A stretch of DNA of 64,000 bases from an uncultured Trueperaceae bacterium (lineage in GTDB: Bacteria; Deinococcota; Deinococci; Deinococcales; Trueperaceae), in contig CAVSGP010000006.1 of the NCBI GenBank assembly GCA_963727505.1, positions 96,001-160,000 of the forward strand. The letters are read 5' to 3'. The position numbers were made by a program, and so were the translations under genes. Position 1 is the first letter of the stretch. Each line of letters starts with the position of its first letter. The notes below the pieces were generated by a model, which saw nothing but the letters and a program-made list of their open reading frames with translations, was not told the origin of the DNA and made no database searches. Below are positions 10,643 to 20,041 of this stretch, in pieces.

Positions 10643-10812
10643 GGCTCTTCCAGCTTACCCGGCGCGCACGGCAGGCATCGTGGCCGGTCGCTCCCGAGGG
10701 CGCGGCCCGGTGCCGATCTTGCAATCGTATTCACGAGCGCTTCCGCGTCGACATGCTCTTGCGGCCCGTCATGGAGCCGGGTTATGTTCGCTTCACCCCG
10801 TGATGGAGGTGC

Positions 10813-12354
10813 ATGTTCATGCGGAGACGCTCGTTGACAGCCTTCGTGGTCCTCGTGTTCGCCCTGCTCGCAGGCGCGGCCCTGGCCCAGCAGACCTTCC
10901 GGATCGCCATCGGGGTCGACCCCGACTCCCTCGATCCGGCACAAGGCACGACCACCACCGTCGACAACGTGCTCGACTACGTGGTGCAGCCCCTCGTCAC
11001 CATCGACGGGACGGGCAAGCTCGTGCCCGACCTCGCCACGAGCTGGAGCACCTCGGCCGACGGCAAGACGCTGACGTTCCATCTACGGCAGGGCGTCACC
11101 TTCCAGGACGGCACGCCGTTCGACGCGAGCGCGGTCAAGTGGAACCTCGATCGCCTTCTCGATCCCAAGGTCCGGGTCCCGCGGCGCGGCCAGCTCACCG
11201 TGATCGACTCCGTCGACGTGGTGGACGCCAACACGGTCCGGCTCAACCTCAAGGCGCCGTCGCCCGCGCTGGTGGGCGCCCTGTCCCAGACCACGGTGGG
11301 CATGCTGTCACCGGCTACGGTCGACAAGGACGGCAACAGCTACGAGAACATCGTTCACCCGGTGGGCACCGGGCCCTACACCTACGCCTCGCGGCAGAAG
11401 GGCAGCAACGTCGTGGTGAGCCGCTACGACGGCTACTGGGGCGAGAAGCCCTACTACGACAAGGTGGTCTTCCAGGTGGTCCCGGAAGCCACCACCCGCG
11501 AGAGCCTGCTGCTCGCCGGCCAGGTCGACCTCATCATCCTGCCGCCCACCTCCGACCTGCCCGCCCTGCAGAACAACCCCCGCGTGAAGGTGCTCTTGGG
11601 GCCCAGCGACCGCACCATCTTCATCGCCATCAACACCAGCAAGAAGGTGTTGGACAACAAGCTGGTGCGTGAGGCGCTCAACTACGCGGTCGACAAGCAG
11701 GCCATCATCAAGGGCGTGCTGTTCGGCGCCGCCGAGCCGATGGACGCCCCCATGGCGCCCAGCCTCTTCGGCTACAAGAAGATCGGCGCCTACCCCTACG
11801 ATCCGGAGAAGGCCAAGGCGCTGTTGAAGCAGGCGAACGTCGATCCCTCGCAGATCACGCTCCACATGATCTCCCCGACCGGCCGCTACGTGCAGGACTT
11901 CCCGGCCTCCCAGGCGATCGCCAACTACATCCGGGACATCGGCTTCAAGGTGGACGTGCGCACCATGGATTGGCCTACCTACGTCGGCACCATCACCAAG
12001 CCGCAGGCCGAGAACACCACCGAGCTCCACCTGCTGGGCTGGGCGCCCTCCTTCATGGACGCGTCGCAGCAGATGCAGCAGTTCGACTGCGGCCAGAGCC
12101 CGCCCAACGGCCTGGCGACCTCGTTCTACTGCAACCAGGACGTCCAGAAGCTGCTGGACCAGGCGAGCAGCGAGATCGACGTGCAGAAGCGGGAGCAGCT
12201 CTACCAACAGGCCTCTCAGATCATCTGGGACGACGCCCCCTGGATCTTCCTGTGGGTGCAGAGCTTCCCGATGGCCTACCAGGCCAACCTGGCCGGCATC
12301 ACGGGCCTGCCCAACGAGAAGTTCTACGCGCTCTACGCGCACCCCGCGAACTAG
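10813..12354 (+). CDS. Peptide/nickel ABC transporter substrate-binding protein (family 5)
   Basis: Signal peptide; DSLDP, PDLATSW, FHLRQGVTFQDGTPFDASAVKW, PVGTGPY, VREALNYAVD. Confidence 0.93.
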   Translation: MFMRRRSLTAFVVLVFALLAGAALAQQTFRIAIGVDPDSLDPAQGTTTTVDNVLDYVVQPLVTIDGTGKLVPDLATSWSTSADGKTLTFHLRQGVTFQDGTPFDASAVKWNLDRLLDPKVRVPRRGQLTVIDSVDVVDANTVRLNLKAPSPALVGALSQTTVGMLSPATVDKDGNSYENIVHPVGTGPYTYASRQKGSNVVVSRYDGYWGEKPYYDKVVFQVVPEATTRESLLLAGQVDLIILPPTSDLPALQNNPRVKVLLGPSDRTIFIAINTSKKVLDNKLVREALNYAVDKQAIIKGVLFGAAEPMDAPMAPSLFGYKKIGAYPYDPEKAKALLKQANVDPSQITLHMISPTGRYVQDFPASQAIANYIRDIGFKVDVRTMDWPTYVGTITKPQAENTTELHLLGWAPSFMDASQQMQQFDCGQSPPNGLATSFYCNQDVQKLLDQASSEIDVQKREQLYQQASQIIWDDAPWIFLWVQSFPMAYQANLAGITGLPNEKFYALYAHPAN

Positions 12355-12390
12355 GGGAGGAGCCTTGGGCACGGCGGTCCTGCAGCCTTC

Positions 12391-13320
12391 ATGAGCGGTT
12401 CACTCGGCTACCTGCTGCAGCGTCTCATCGGAGTGATGGTCACGATCCTGTTCGTGGCCATCACGATCTTCCTGATGGTGCGCATCCTGCCGGGGGACCC
12501 GGCGCGCGTCATCGCGGGGGTGCTGGCGAGCGATCAGGACGTCGCGCGCATCCGCACCCAGCTGGGCCTCGACCAGCCGCTGTGGACGCAGGCCGGCATC
12601 TTCCTGAACCACCTCGCCCACGGAGATCTGGGCATCAGCGCCCGTACCTCGGACCCCGTCACCGGGGAGATCCTGGCGCGCCTCCCCTACACGGCCTTGC
12701 TGGCGGTGGTGAGCCTGGCGGTCGCGGTAGCGGTGGGTCTGCCGCTCGGAGCCCTGGCCGCGGCCCGCGCCGGCAGCCTCGTCGACCTGGCGGTGTCGGC
12801 GCTGGTGCTCTTCGGGATCAGCATGCCCGTGTACTGGCTGGGCCTGATGCTCATCATCCTGTTCTCGATCCAGCTCCGGTGGCTGCCTGCAGCGGGCGCT
12901 TCGGGCCCTCTCTCGATCATCCTGCCGGCGTTCACGCTGGCCGCCTTCTCGGTGGCGTTCATCGCGCGCATCACGCGCTCCAGCATGCTGGAGGTGCTCC
13001 GCCAGGACTACGTGCGCACGGCGCGTGCCAAGGGGACGCACGCGCGCAGCGTGCTCTGGCGCCACGCCCTGCGCAACGCGCTGCCCCCGATCGTGACCAT
13101 CATCGGGCTGCAGTTCGGCGAGTTGCTCGGGGGCGCCATCCTCACCGAGACCGTGTTCGGGTGGCCGGGGATGGGACGGCTGCTGGTCGATTCCATCTTC
13201 GCCCGCGACTACCCCATGGTGCAGGGGCTGGTCATCGTCTTCGCGCTGATGTTCGCGCTGGTCAACCTGGCGGTCGACCTGCTGTACGAGCGCATCGACC
13301 CGCGGGTGCGCTATGGCTAG
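12391..13320 (+). CDS. Peptide ABC transporter permease (DppB/OppB-like)
   Basis: PGDPAR, GDLGIS, EAA loop DYVRTARAKG...HALRNAL, RDYPMVQG. Confidence 0.93.
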   Translation: MSGSLGYLLQRLIGVMVTILFVAITIFLMVRILPGDPARVIAGVLASDQDVARIRTQLGLDQPLWTQAGIFLNHLAHGDLGISARTSDPVTGEILARLPYTALLAVVSLAVAVAVGLPLGALAAARAGSLVDLAVSALVLFGISMPVYWLGLMLIILFSIQLRWLPAAGASGPLSIILPAFTLAAFSVAFIARITRSSMLEVLRQDYVRTARAKGTHARSVLWRHALRNALPPIVTIIGLQFGELLGGAILTETVFGWPGMGRLLVDSIFARDYPMVQGLVIVFALMFALVNLAVDLLYERIDPRVRYG

Positions 13321-14203
13321 CCCGGTTCCGGCTGCCCGCTCCAGCGACCTGCTACGACGCGTCTTCGGCGGAGAGACCCTCAAGCGCTTGCGCAGGAACC
13401 CGTCGGCCGTCGCCGGCGTCGTCATCCTGCTGGTGCTCGTCCTGGCGGCGATCTTCGCGCCGTTGCTGACGCCCTACGATCCGGCCAGGCAGTCCCTCGG
13501 CGACGTGCTGCAGCACCCCTCCCGAACGCACCTGCTGGGCACCGATCAGCTCGGCCGCGACCTGCTGGCCCGCATCCTCTACGGCGGCCGGTTGACGCTC
13601 TTCATCGGCGCCTTCGCGGTGGCGGTGGGCATCGTGGTAGGGGTGCCGCTCGGCATCGTCTCCGGCTTCTACCGGGGCGCCACGGACATGATCATCCAGC
13701 GCGTGATGGACCTGATGCTGGCGTTCACCAGCTTCCTGCTCGCGCTCACGCTGGTGTCGCTGCTGGGCGTGGGCCTCACCAACGTGATCGTGGCGGTCGG
13801 CATCAGCACCATCCCGCGTTTCGCGAGGCTGGTGAGGAGCTCGGTACTGACCATCCGCGAGATCAGCTACGTCGAGGCCAGTCGCGCCCTGGGTGCGGCC
13901 GATCAGCGGGTGTTGTGGCGGCACGTGCTCCCCAACGCCTTGGCGCCCGTCATCGTGCAGGCCACGCTGTCGATGGGGGGGACCATCCTGACGGCAGCCG
14001 GGCTGGGCTTCCTGGGTCTGGGGGTCCAACCTCCGACGCCGGAGTGGGGGGCCATGCTAGGGCAGGGGCGCAACTACATCTTCTCGAACCCTTCGGTGAG
14101 CACCTTCCCGGGGATCGCCATCTTCCTCGCCGTGATGGGCTTCAACCTGCTCGGCGATGGTCTGCGCGACGCGCTCGACCCCCAGCTCCGCGGCTCCCGC
14201 TGA
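13313..14203 (+). CDS. Peptide ABC transporter permease (DppC/OppC-like)
   Basis: HLLGTDQLGRD, YVEASRALGA, HVLPN, PPTPEWG, FNLLGDGLRDALDP. Confidence 0.93.
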   Translation: MASPVPAARSSDLLRRVFGGETLKRLRRNPSAVAGVVILLVLVLAAIFAPLLTPYDPARQSLGDVLQHPSRTHLLGTDQLGRDLLARILYGGRLTLFIGAFAVAVGIVVGVPLGIVSGFYRGATDMIIQRVMDLMLAFTSFLLALTLVSLLGVGLTNVIVAVGISTIPRFARLVRSSVLTIREISYVEASRALGAADQRVLWRHVLPNALAPVIVQATLSMGGTILTAAGLGFLGLGVQPPTPEWGAMLGQGRNYIFSNPSVSTFPGIAIFLAVMGFNLLGDGLRDALDPQLRGSR

Positions 14204-14228
14204 GCCCCCTGCCCCCGAAAGGATCCCC

Positions 14229-15419
14229 ATGCCCGATTCCCATGCCGTCGTCTTCCATGGCACGTTCATCGACCCGGTCGAGGCCGCCGCCCGCGAGGGC
14301 TGGTTGCACGTTACCGACGGGCGCATCGTCACCCTCGAGGACCGCGCGCCGGCCGCGGGCGCCGATGTGGTGGAGCTCGACGGCTGGGTGGTTCCCGGTC
14401 TCGTCGACGCCCACATCCACCTGAGCCTCGACGGCGGAACCGACCCCAGTGCACGGCTCCAGGCAGAGCGCACGACGGATACCGTGGTCCGGGCGCTGGA
14501 ACACCTGCGGGCGCACCTGCGCGCCGGCATCACCACCGTGCGGGACCTCGGCGGCCCCGGCACGCTCGCGATCGACCTCGCGCGGGCCGTCGAGGACGGT
14601 CGTATCGAGGGGCCGATGGTGGTGGCGTGCGGACGCAACATCACCATGACGGGCGGCCATGCCCACGCTTTCGGCATCGAGGCCGACGGGCCCGACGCGG
14701 TTCGCCGGGCGGCGCGCGGTCAGCTCCAGGCCGGTGCCCGGGTGCTCAAGTTCATGGCCACCGGCGGCGTGCTCACCCCCGGCGTCACGGCGGGCGCGGA
14801 AGCGCTCACCGAGGCGGAGCTGCGCGCCGGCATCGAGGAGGCACACAAGGCGGGCAAGCGTACCGCCACCCACGCCCAGGGCCTCGCCGGCATCAAGAAC
14901 GCGCTGCGCGCCGGCATCGACACCCTCGAGCACGGTGCCTTCGACAACTGGGACGAGGAGGCCCTCGGCCTCATGACGGCGGGGCCGCGCCCGGTCTGGC
15001 TGGTGCCGACGCTGGCGGCGCCCGACGGGATCCTCTCGGGAGAAGGACGGGTGCCGGAGTGGGCCGTTGCGAAGACCCGCCCCATCGCCGAGCGTCACCG
15101 TGCCAACGCACTCGAGGCCTACCGTGCCGGCGTTCGGATCGCCGCAGGCACCGACGCCGGCACCCCGCTCAACCCGCACGGCAACCTGCCGCGCGAGCTG
15201 GAGCTACTGGCCGAGATCGGGCTGCCGTTGGCGGCCGTGCTGCAGGCGGCGACCGGACAGGCGGCGGCCGCGCTCGACCTCGACGGAGAGGTGGGGTCGC
15301 TGCGACCCGGCGCGCGCGCCGACCTGCTGGTGCTGGGTGCAGACCCGCTGCACGACGCCCGGGCCTACCGAGAGGTGCGCGAGGTCTTCAAGGGTGGGCG
15401 CAGGCCGACCTTCGGTTAG
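14229..15419 (+). CDS. Metal-dependent amidohydrolase (Xaa-Pro dipeptidase-like)
   Basis: PGLVDAHIH, GITTVRDLG, KFMATGG, THAQG, LEHG, AGTDAG. Confidence 0.9.
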   Translation: MPDSHAVVFHGTFIDPVEAAAREGWLHVTDGRIVTLEDRAPAAGADVVELDGWVVPGLVDAHIHLSLDGGTDPSARLQAERTTDTVVRALEHLRAHLRAGITTVRDLGGPGTLAIDLARAVEDGRIEGPMVVACGRNITMTGGHAHAFGIEADGPDAVRRAARGQLQAGARVLKFMATGGVLTPGVTAGAEALTEAELRAGIEEAHKAGKRTATHAQGLAGIKNALRAGIDTLEHGAFDNWDEEALGLMTAGPRPVWLVPTLAAPDGILSGEGRVPEWAVAKTRPIAERHRANALEAYRAGVRIAAGTDAGTPLNPHGNLPRELELLAEIGLPLAAVLQAATGQAAAALDLDGEVGSLRPGARADLLVLGADPLHDARAYREVREVFKGGRRPTFG

Positions 15420-15477
15420 CCTAGGCCCGGGGCGGCGCCGCTTTCGGAGAGCTGGCCCGCTCCCCCTGGAGGACGTG

Positions 15478-18400
15478 ATGCAGGACGCGCAGACGACTTC
15501 GCACTATCCCGTCGAGCCCTGGGCCGTCCGCGAGACCGCCTTCGACCCGGCCGCCTGCGCGCGCAGCGAGACGGTGTTCGCACTCGGCAACGGCTACCTG
15601 GGGATGCGGGGCGCTTTCGAGGAGGGGCTCGACCCCGCCGTCGGCAGCTCGGTCCGCGGGACCTACCTCAACGGCTTCTTCGAGTCGGGACCGATCCACT
15701 ACCCCGAGGACGCCTACGGGCTGGCCCGCAAGCGCCAGACCCTTCTCAACGTCACGGACGCCCTGGGCATCGAGCTGCGGGTCGACGGTGAGCGCTTCTC
15801 CATGAGCGACGGGCGCGTGGAGGCGTACGAACGTGTGCTGGACTTCCGCCGGGGTGTGCTCGAGCGCTCGCTCACCTGGGTCTCGCCCCGCGGGCAGCGA
15901 GTGTCGGTGCGCATCGAACGGCTGGTGTCCTTGACGCGGAGGCCCGTCGCCGCCCTGCGCTACCGCGTGACGCCGCTCGACACCGAGCTCGAGCTCGAGC
16001 TGCGCTCCAGCGTCGACGGGCGGGTGGAGAACACCGTCGACGAGAGCGACCACCGCGTCGGAGGGGTGGCCGGGCGCGTCCTGGTCAGCGTCGCGTCCGA
16101 GCTCGAGGGCGAGCTGCTGGCACTGCGCCAGCGCGCGCCCCTGAGCGGCATGGAGCTCGGGTGCGCGGCCGACCATCGGGTGACCGGCGGGGAGATCCTG
16201 GAGCGCCGCGCGCTCGAGGAGGACCACCGGCTGACGCTCACCTACCGCGTCCGCGCGGGCCGGGGCGAGGCCGTCACGCTGGAGAAGAGCCTCGCCTACG
16301 TCGATTCGCGCGAGGTCGAGGTCGGCCAGCTGTTCGAGCGTTGCGCCGCCGCCGCACGGGAGGCGCGGACGGCCGGGTTCGAAGCGCTCGAGGCGGAGCA
16401 GCGCGGGGCGCTGGCGTCGTTCTGGCGCGGCAGCGACATCGAGGTCGAAGGGGACGACGCCCTGCAGCAGAGCCTGCGCTTCGGCTCTCTGCAGCTGTTG
16501 CAGGGCACCGGCAGGGACGGCCGCAGCTCGATCGCTGCCAAGGGGCTGACCGGCCCCGGCTACGAGGGGCACCTGTTCTGGGACGCCGAGGTGTACGTGC
16601 TCCCGTTCTTCCTGTACACCCGGCCCGAGGTGGCCCGTTCCATGCTCGAGCACCGCATCCACGGCTTGGACGCCGCCCGCGCCCGCGCGGCCGAGCTCTC
16701 CCACGCCGGCGCCCTCTACCCCTGGCGCACGATCGACGGCGAGGAGGCGTCGGCCTACTTCCCGGCCGGAACCGCCCAGCTCCACATCAACGCCGACATC
16801 GCCTACGCCCTGGAGCGCTACCTGGAGGCCACCGACGACGTCGACCTGCTGTGGCAGGGGGGTGCGGCGATGTTGTTCGAGACAGCCCGCTTCTGGCTGT
16901 CGCGCGGCACCTTCGTGGCGCGTCGCGGCGGACGCTTCTGCCTGCACACCGTCACCGGCCCCGACGAGTACACGGCCCTGGTGGACAACAACCTCTACAC
17001 CAATCTGATGGCGCAAGGGCATCTGCGTTTCGCGGTACGGGTCGCCGAGCGGCTCGAGCGCGAGGCGCCGTCGCGCTACGCCGAGCTCGTCCGCACCCTG
17101 GCGCTCGACGCCGGCGAGCTCGAGCGCTGGGGCCTGGCGGCGGACCGCATGGAGCTGCCCTTCGACCGCGAGCTGGGCGTGCACCCGCAGGACGACGGTT
17201 TCCTCGACAAGGAGCCGTGGGACCCCACGACCATCCCGGACGGCAAGCGTCCCCTGCTGCTCCACTACCACCCGCTCGACATCTACCGCCGGCAGGTGCT
17301 GAAGCAGGCCGATGTGGTGCTCGGGCTCTTCCTGCGCGAGGAGCACTTCAGCCGGGCCGAGGCGCGCCGCGACTTCGCCTACTACGAGCCGCTCACCACC
17401 CACGACTCGTCGCTGTCGCCGTGCGTGCACGGCCTCGTGGCCGCGCGGCTGGGCCAGGTCGACAAGGCGTACGACTACTTCGGGCGCACCGCCCGCATGG
17501 ACCTCGACGACATCAATCGGAACGTCAAGGACGGTGTGCACACCGCCGCCATGGGTGGGACCTGGCTGGCGGTGGTGGCCGGCTTCGCGGGCATGAGGGT
17601 GCGCGGCGGGCGCCTGAGCTTCGAGCCGCGCCTGCCCGCGGCATGGGAGGGGTTGCGCTTCCGGGTGGCGTTCCGCGGTGCCACCCTCGAGGTCGCGGTG
17701 CAGCGCGAGCGGACGCTCTACCACCTCGTCGAGGGCGGGCCCCTGAGCGTGGCCCACCGGTCTGACGTACTGGAGCTCGGGCCCGGCGGACAGGCGGCGC
17801 GCCCCAACACGCCCCAGTTCAAGGCGGTGCTGTTCGATCTGGACGGCGTCATCACCGACACCGCCGAGTACCACTACCGCGCCTGGCAGGCGCTGGCCGA
17901 CGACCTCGGCATCCCCTTCGACCGCGAGGCCAACGAGGCGCTGCGCGGCGTCGGTCGCATGGATTCGCTGGAGCGGATCCTCGAGCGCGGCGGCCGGAGC
18001 TACGGCGACGAGGAGAAGGCGCGCCTGGCCGACGACAAGAACCGTCACTACCAGGAGCTCATCGAGGGGATCTCCCCGGCCGACATGCTGCCCGGCGTGG
18101 GCGCCCTGCTGCGCGAAGCCCGGGAGGCGGGGCTCAAGCTCGCGGTGGCGTCGGCCAGCCGCAACGCGCCGGCGGTGATCCGCAGCCTCGGACTCGAGGA
18201 CGTCTTCGACGTGGTGGTCGACGCCGGCCGGGTCGTTCGCGGAAAGCCCGACCCGGAGGTCTTCCAGCGCGCGGCCGAAGCGCTCGGCCTGCCCGACGAG
18301 GACTGCCTGGGCATCGAGGACGCCGAGGCGGGCGTGGCTGCGCTCCGCGGTGCTTCGATGGCCACGGTCGGCGTGGGCGACGCCGCCCGCCTGGCCGCGG

Positions 18401-18531
18401 CACATCGGGTGGTGAAGGCCACCGACGAGCTCGACCTGGCGCTCCTGCGCGACGCCTTCGCGGCCGCCCACCCGGCTGCGCACCCGGCCGCGCACCCGGC
18501 CGCCCACGGGGGCGCCGACACGCCGGCCTGA
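15478..18531 (+). CDS. GH65 glycoside phosphorylase fused to a C-terminal beta-phosphoglucomutase
   Basis: ETVFALGNGYLGMRG, KGLTGPGYEGHLFWD, GPDEY, KQAD, HDSSLS; then FDLDGVITDTAEYHYRAW and GKPDPEVF in the same frame. Confidence 0.92.
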   Translation: MQDAQTTSHYPVEPWAVRETAFDPAACARSETVFALGNGYLGMRGAFEEGLDPAVGSSVRGTYLNGFFESGPIHYPEDAYGLARKRQTLLNVTDALGIELRVDGERFSMSDGRVEAYERVLDFRRGVLERSLTWVSPRGQRVSVRIERLVSLTRRPVAALRYRVTPLDTELELELRSSVDGRVENTVDESDHRVGGVAGRVLVSVASELEGELLALRQRAPLSGMELGCAADHRVTGGEILERRALEEDHRLTLTYRVRAGRGEAVTLEKSLAYVDSREVEVGQLFERCAAAAREARTAGFEALEAEQRGALASFWRGSDIEVEGDDALQQSLRFGSLQLLQGTGRDGRSSIAAKGLTGPGYEGHLFWDAEVYVLPFFLYTRPEVARSMLEHRIHGLDAARARAAELSHAGALYPWRTIDGEEASAYFPAGTAQLHINADIAYALERYLEATDDVDLLWQGGAAMLFETARFWLSRGTFVARRGGRFCLHTVTGPDEYTALVDNNLYTNLMAQGHLRFAVRVAERLEREAPSRYAELVRTLALDAGELERWGLAADRMELPFDRELGVHPQDDGFLDKEPWDPTTIPDGKRPLLLHYHPLDIYRRQVLKQADVVLGLFLREEHFSRAEARRDFAYYEPLTTHDSSLSPCVHGLVAARLGQVDKAYDYFGRTARMDLDDINRNVKDGVHTAAMGGTWLAVVAGFAGMRVRGGRLSFEPRLPAAWEGLRFRVAFRGATLEVAVQRERTLYHLVEGGPLSVAHRSDVLELGPGGQAARPNTPQFKAVLFDLDGVITDTAEYHYRAWQALADDLGIPFDREANEALRGVGRMDSLERILERGGRSYGDEEKARLADDKNRHYQELIEGISPADMLPGVGALLREAREAGLKLAVASASRNAPAVIRSLGLEDVFDVVVDAGRVVRGKPDPEVFQRAAEALGLPDEDCLGIEDAEAGVAALRGASMATVGVGDAARLAAAHRVVKATDELDLALLRDAFAAAHPAAHPAAHPAAHGGADTPA

Positions 18532-18634
18532 GCGGTCCCCGAGAGGTGTGGTGGGGGGCGCGCGGTTCCGGCGCGCGGTCGCGCCCCCGGCACGCCCGAC
18601 CCGGCAACGGGGGCCCCGGCGCTAGCATGGAGCG

Positions 18635-19930
18635 GTGAGCGTCGGTCCCGAAACTAATCCAGAAGCTGGTCCCGAAACCGGTCCTGAAACCGGCCGTGGA
18701 ACCGGCCGTGGAGCCGGCCCTGGCGCCGATACCAAAGAGGGCGCCTTCCTGGTCTCGCTGCAGGAGGGTGCCACCACGCTGAGCCGTCACCGGCGCGAGG
18801 TGGTGAGCTTCGACCTGGAGGGGCGGCCGCAGAGCTGGATGACCGAGGGGCGGACCTTCAAGCGCTCGCTGGCCTCGGAGGTGTTCGGCCGCCACACGGT
18901 CGACGGCGTGCGCCGGCGTTGGCGCGTGGAAGAAGACGACGCGGCGAGCCATTTCCGACGGGCCGCCGAGGCGGCGGCGGCAGCGCGCGAAGCGCTCGCC
19001 AGGGGCGGGCTGCGGCGCTCGGACGGGGCTCGGCTCCGCAGCCTCGAAGACGACGAAGCACGCGCGCTCGCCGGCCGCCTGGAGCAGATCCTCGCCTGGA
19101 CGCCCGAGCGCCTGCTGGGCGAGCGCCGGCGCTTCCTGGCCGCCTACCGGCCCGTCAGCATCCTTCCGCCCGACCAGTACGGCTCGGTGGTGCTGCAGGC
19201 CACCTATGGCTGCTCGTGGAACCGCTGCACGTTCTGCACCTTCTACCAGGATCGCCCCTTCCAGGTCCGCGAGCCGGAGGCCTTCGCCGAACACGTCGAC
19301 GCGGTCCGGGCGCTGCTGGGGCGCGCGGCCGAGGCTCGCCGGAGTGTCTTCTTCGGCGACGGCAACGCCCTGGTGCTGTCCAACGCGCGTCTCGAGCCGC
19401 TCATGAAGATCGTGCGCGCCGCCTTCCCGGGTCGGAAGCTGAGCAGCTTCGTCGATGTCTTCGGGGGCGAGCGCAAGCCTGCCAGCGCCTGGCGCGACCT
19501 CGCTGCGCAGGGGCTCGAGCGCGTGGCGATCGGCCTGGAGACCGGCTCCGATGCGCTGCTGGCCTACCTCAACAAGCCGGGCGGCGCCGACGAGGCGGCC
19601 GCCTTCATCGCTACCCTCAAGCAGGCGGGTCTGGCGGTCTCGGTCATCGTCATGGTCGGTGCCGGTGGCGCGCGCTTCGCCGAGGTGCACGAGCGCGAGA
19701 CCGCGGCCCTGTTGAGCCGCCTGCCGCTCGAGGCCGGCGACCTGGTTTACCTTTCGCCCTTCGTCATGCAACCCGGCTCGGCCTACGCGGCGCGCGCGGC
19801 CGCCGATGGCCTGCGGCCGCTTTCGGCTGCCGAGCGTGCCCTACAGTACGAGCGCTTGCGCGCCGCGGCGCGACGCGCCGTACCGGAAGCGCGGGTGGCG
19901 CTCTACCACATCGACGAGTTCGTGTACTGA
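18635..19930 (+). CDS. Radical SAM protein with an extra N-terminal domain
   Basis: LQATYGCSWNRCTFCTFY, FFGDGNAL, IGLETGSD; TAGCAT -10 box 6 nt before GTG. Confidence 0.88.
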   Translation: MSVGPETNPEAGPETGPETGRGTGRGAGPGADTKEGAFLVSLQEGATTLSRHRREVVSFDLEGRPQSWMTEGRTFKRSLASEVFGRHTVDGVRRRWRVEEDDAASHFRRAAEAAAAAREALARGGLRRSDGARLRSLEDDEARALAGRLEQILAWTPERLLGERRRFLAAYRPVSILPPDQYGSVVLQATYGCSWNRCTFCTFYQDRPFQVREPEAFAEHVDAVRALLGRAAEARRSVFFGDGNALVLSNARLEPLMKIVRAAFPGRKLSSFVDVFGGERKPASAWRDLAAQGLERVAIGLETGSDALLAYLNKPGGADEAAAFIATLKQAGLAVSVIVMVGAGGARFAEVHERETAALLSRLPLEAGDLVYLSPFVMQPGSAYAARAAADGLRPLSAAERALQYERLRAAARRAVPEARVALYHIDEFVY

Positions 19931-20041
19931 TCGGGACGCTGGACGTGCCAGGGAGGCGCCGCCCAGCCGGGCGGCTCGGCCTGGCTGCGAGCGCGAGGGC
20001 GGGCGCTGCCAGGGCGTGCTTCCCCTCGCGTAGACTGGCCC

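Noticed and set aside
15421..18507. 1028-aa antisense ORF and other long antisense or alternate-frame ORFs (e.g. 39325-41283, 36803-39013, 21314-23449)
   Set aside because: Shadow frames of real genes caused by high-GC codon bias; no recognisable motifs or initiation signals.
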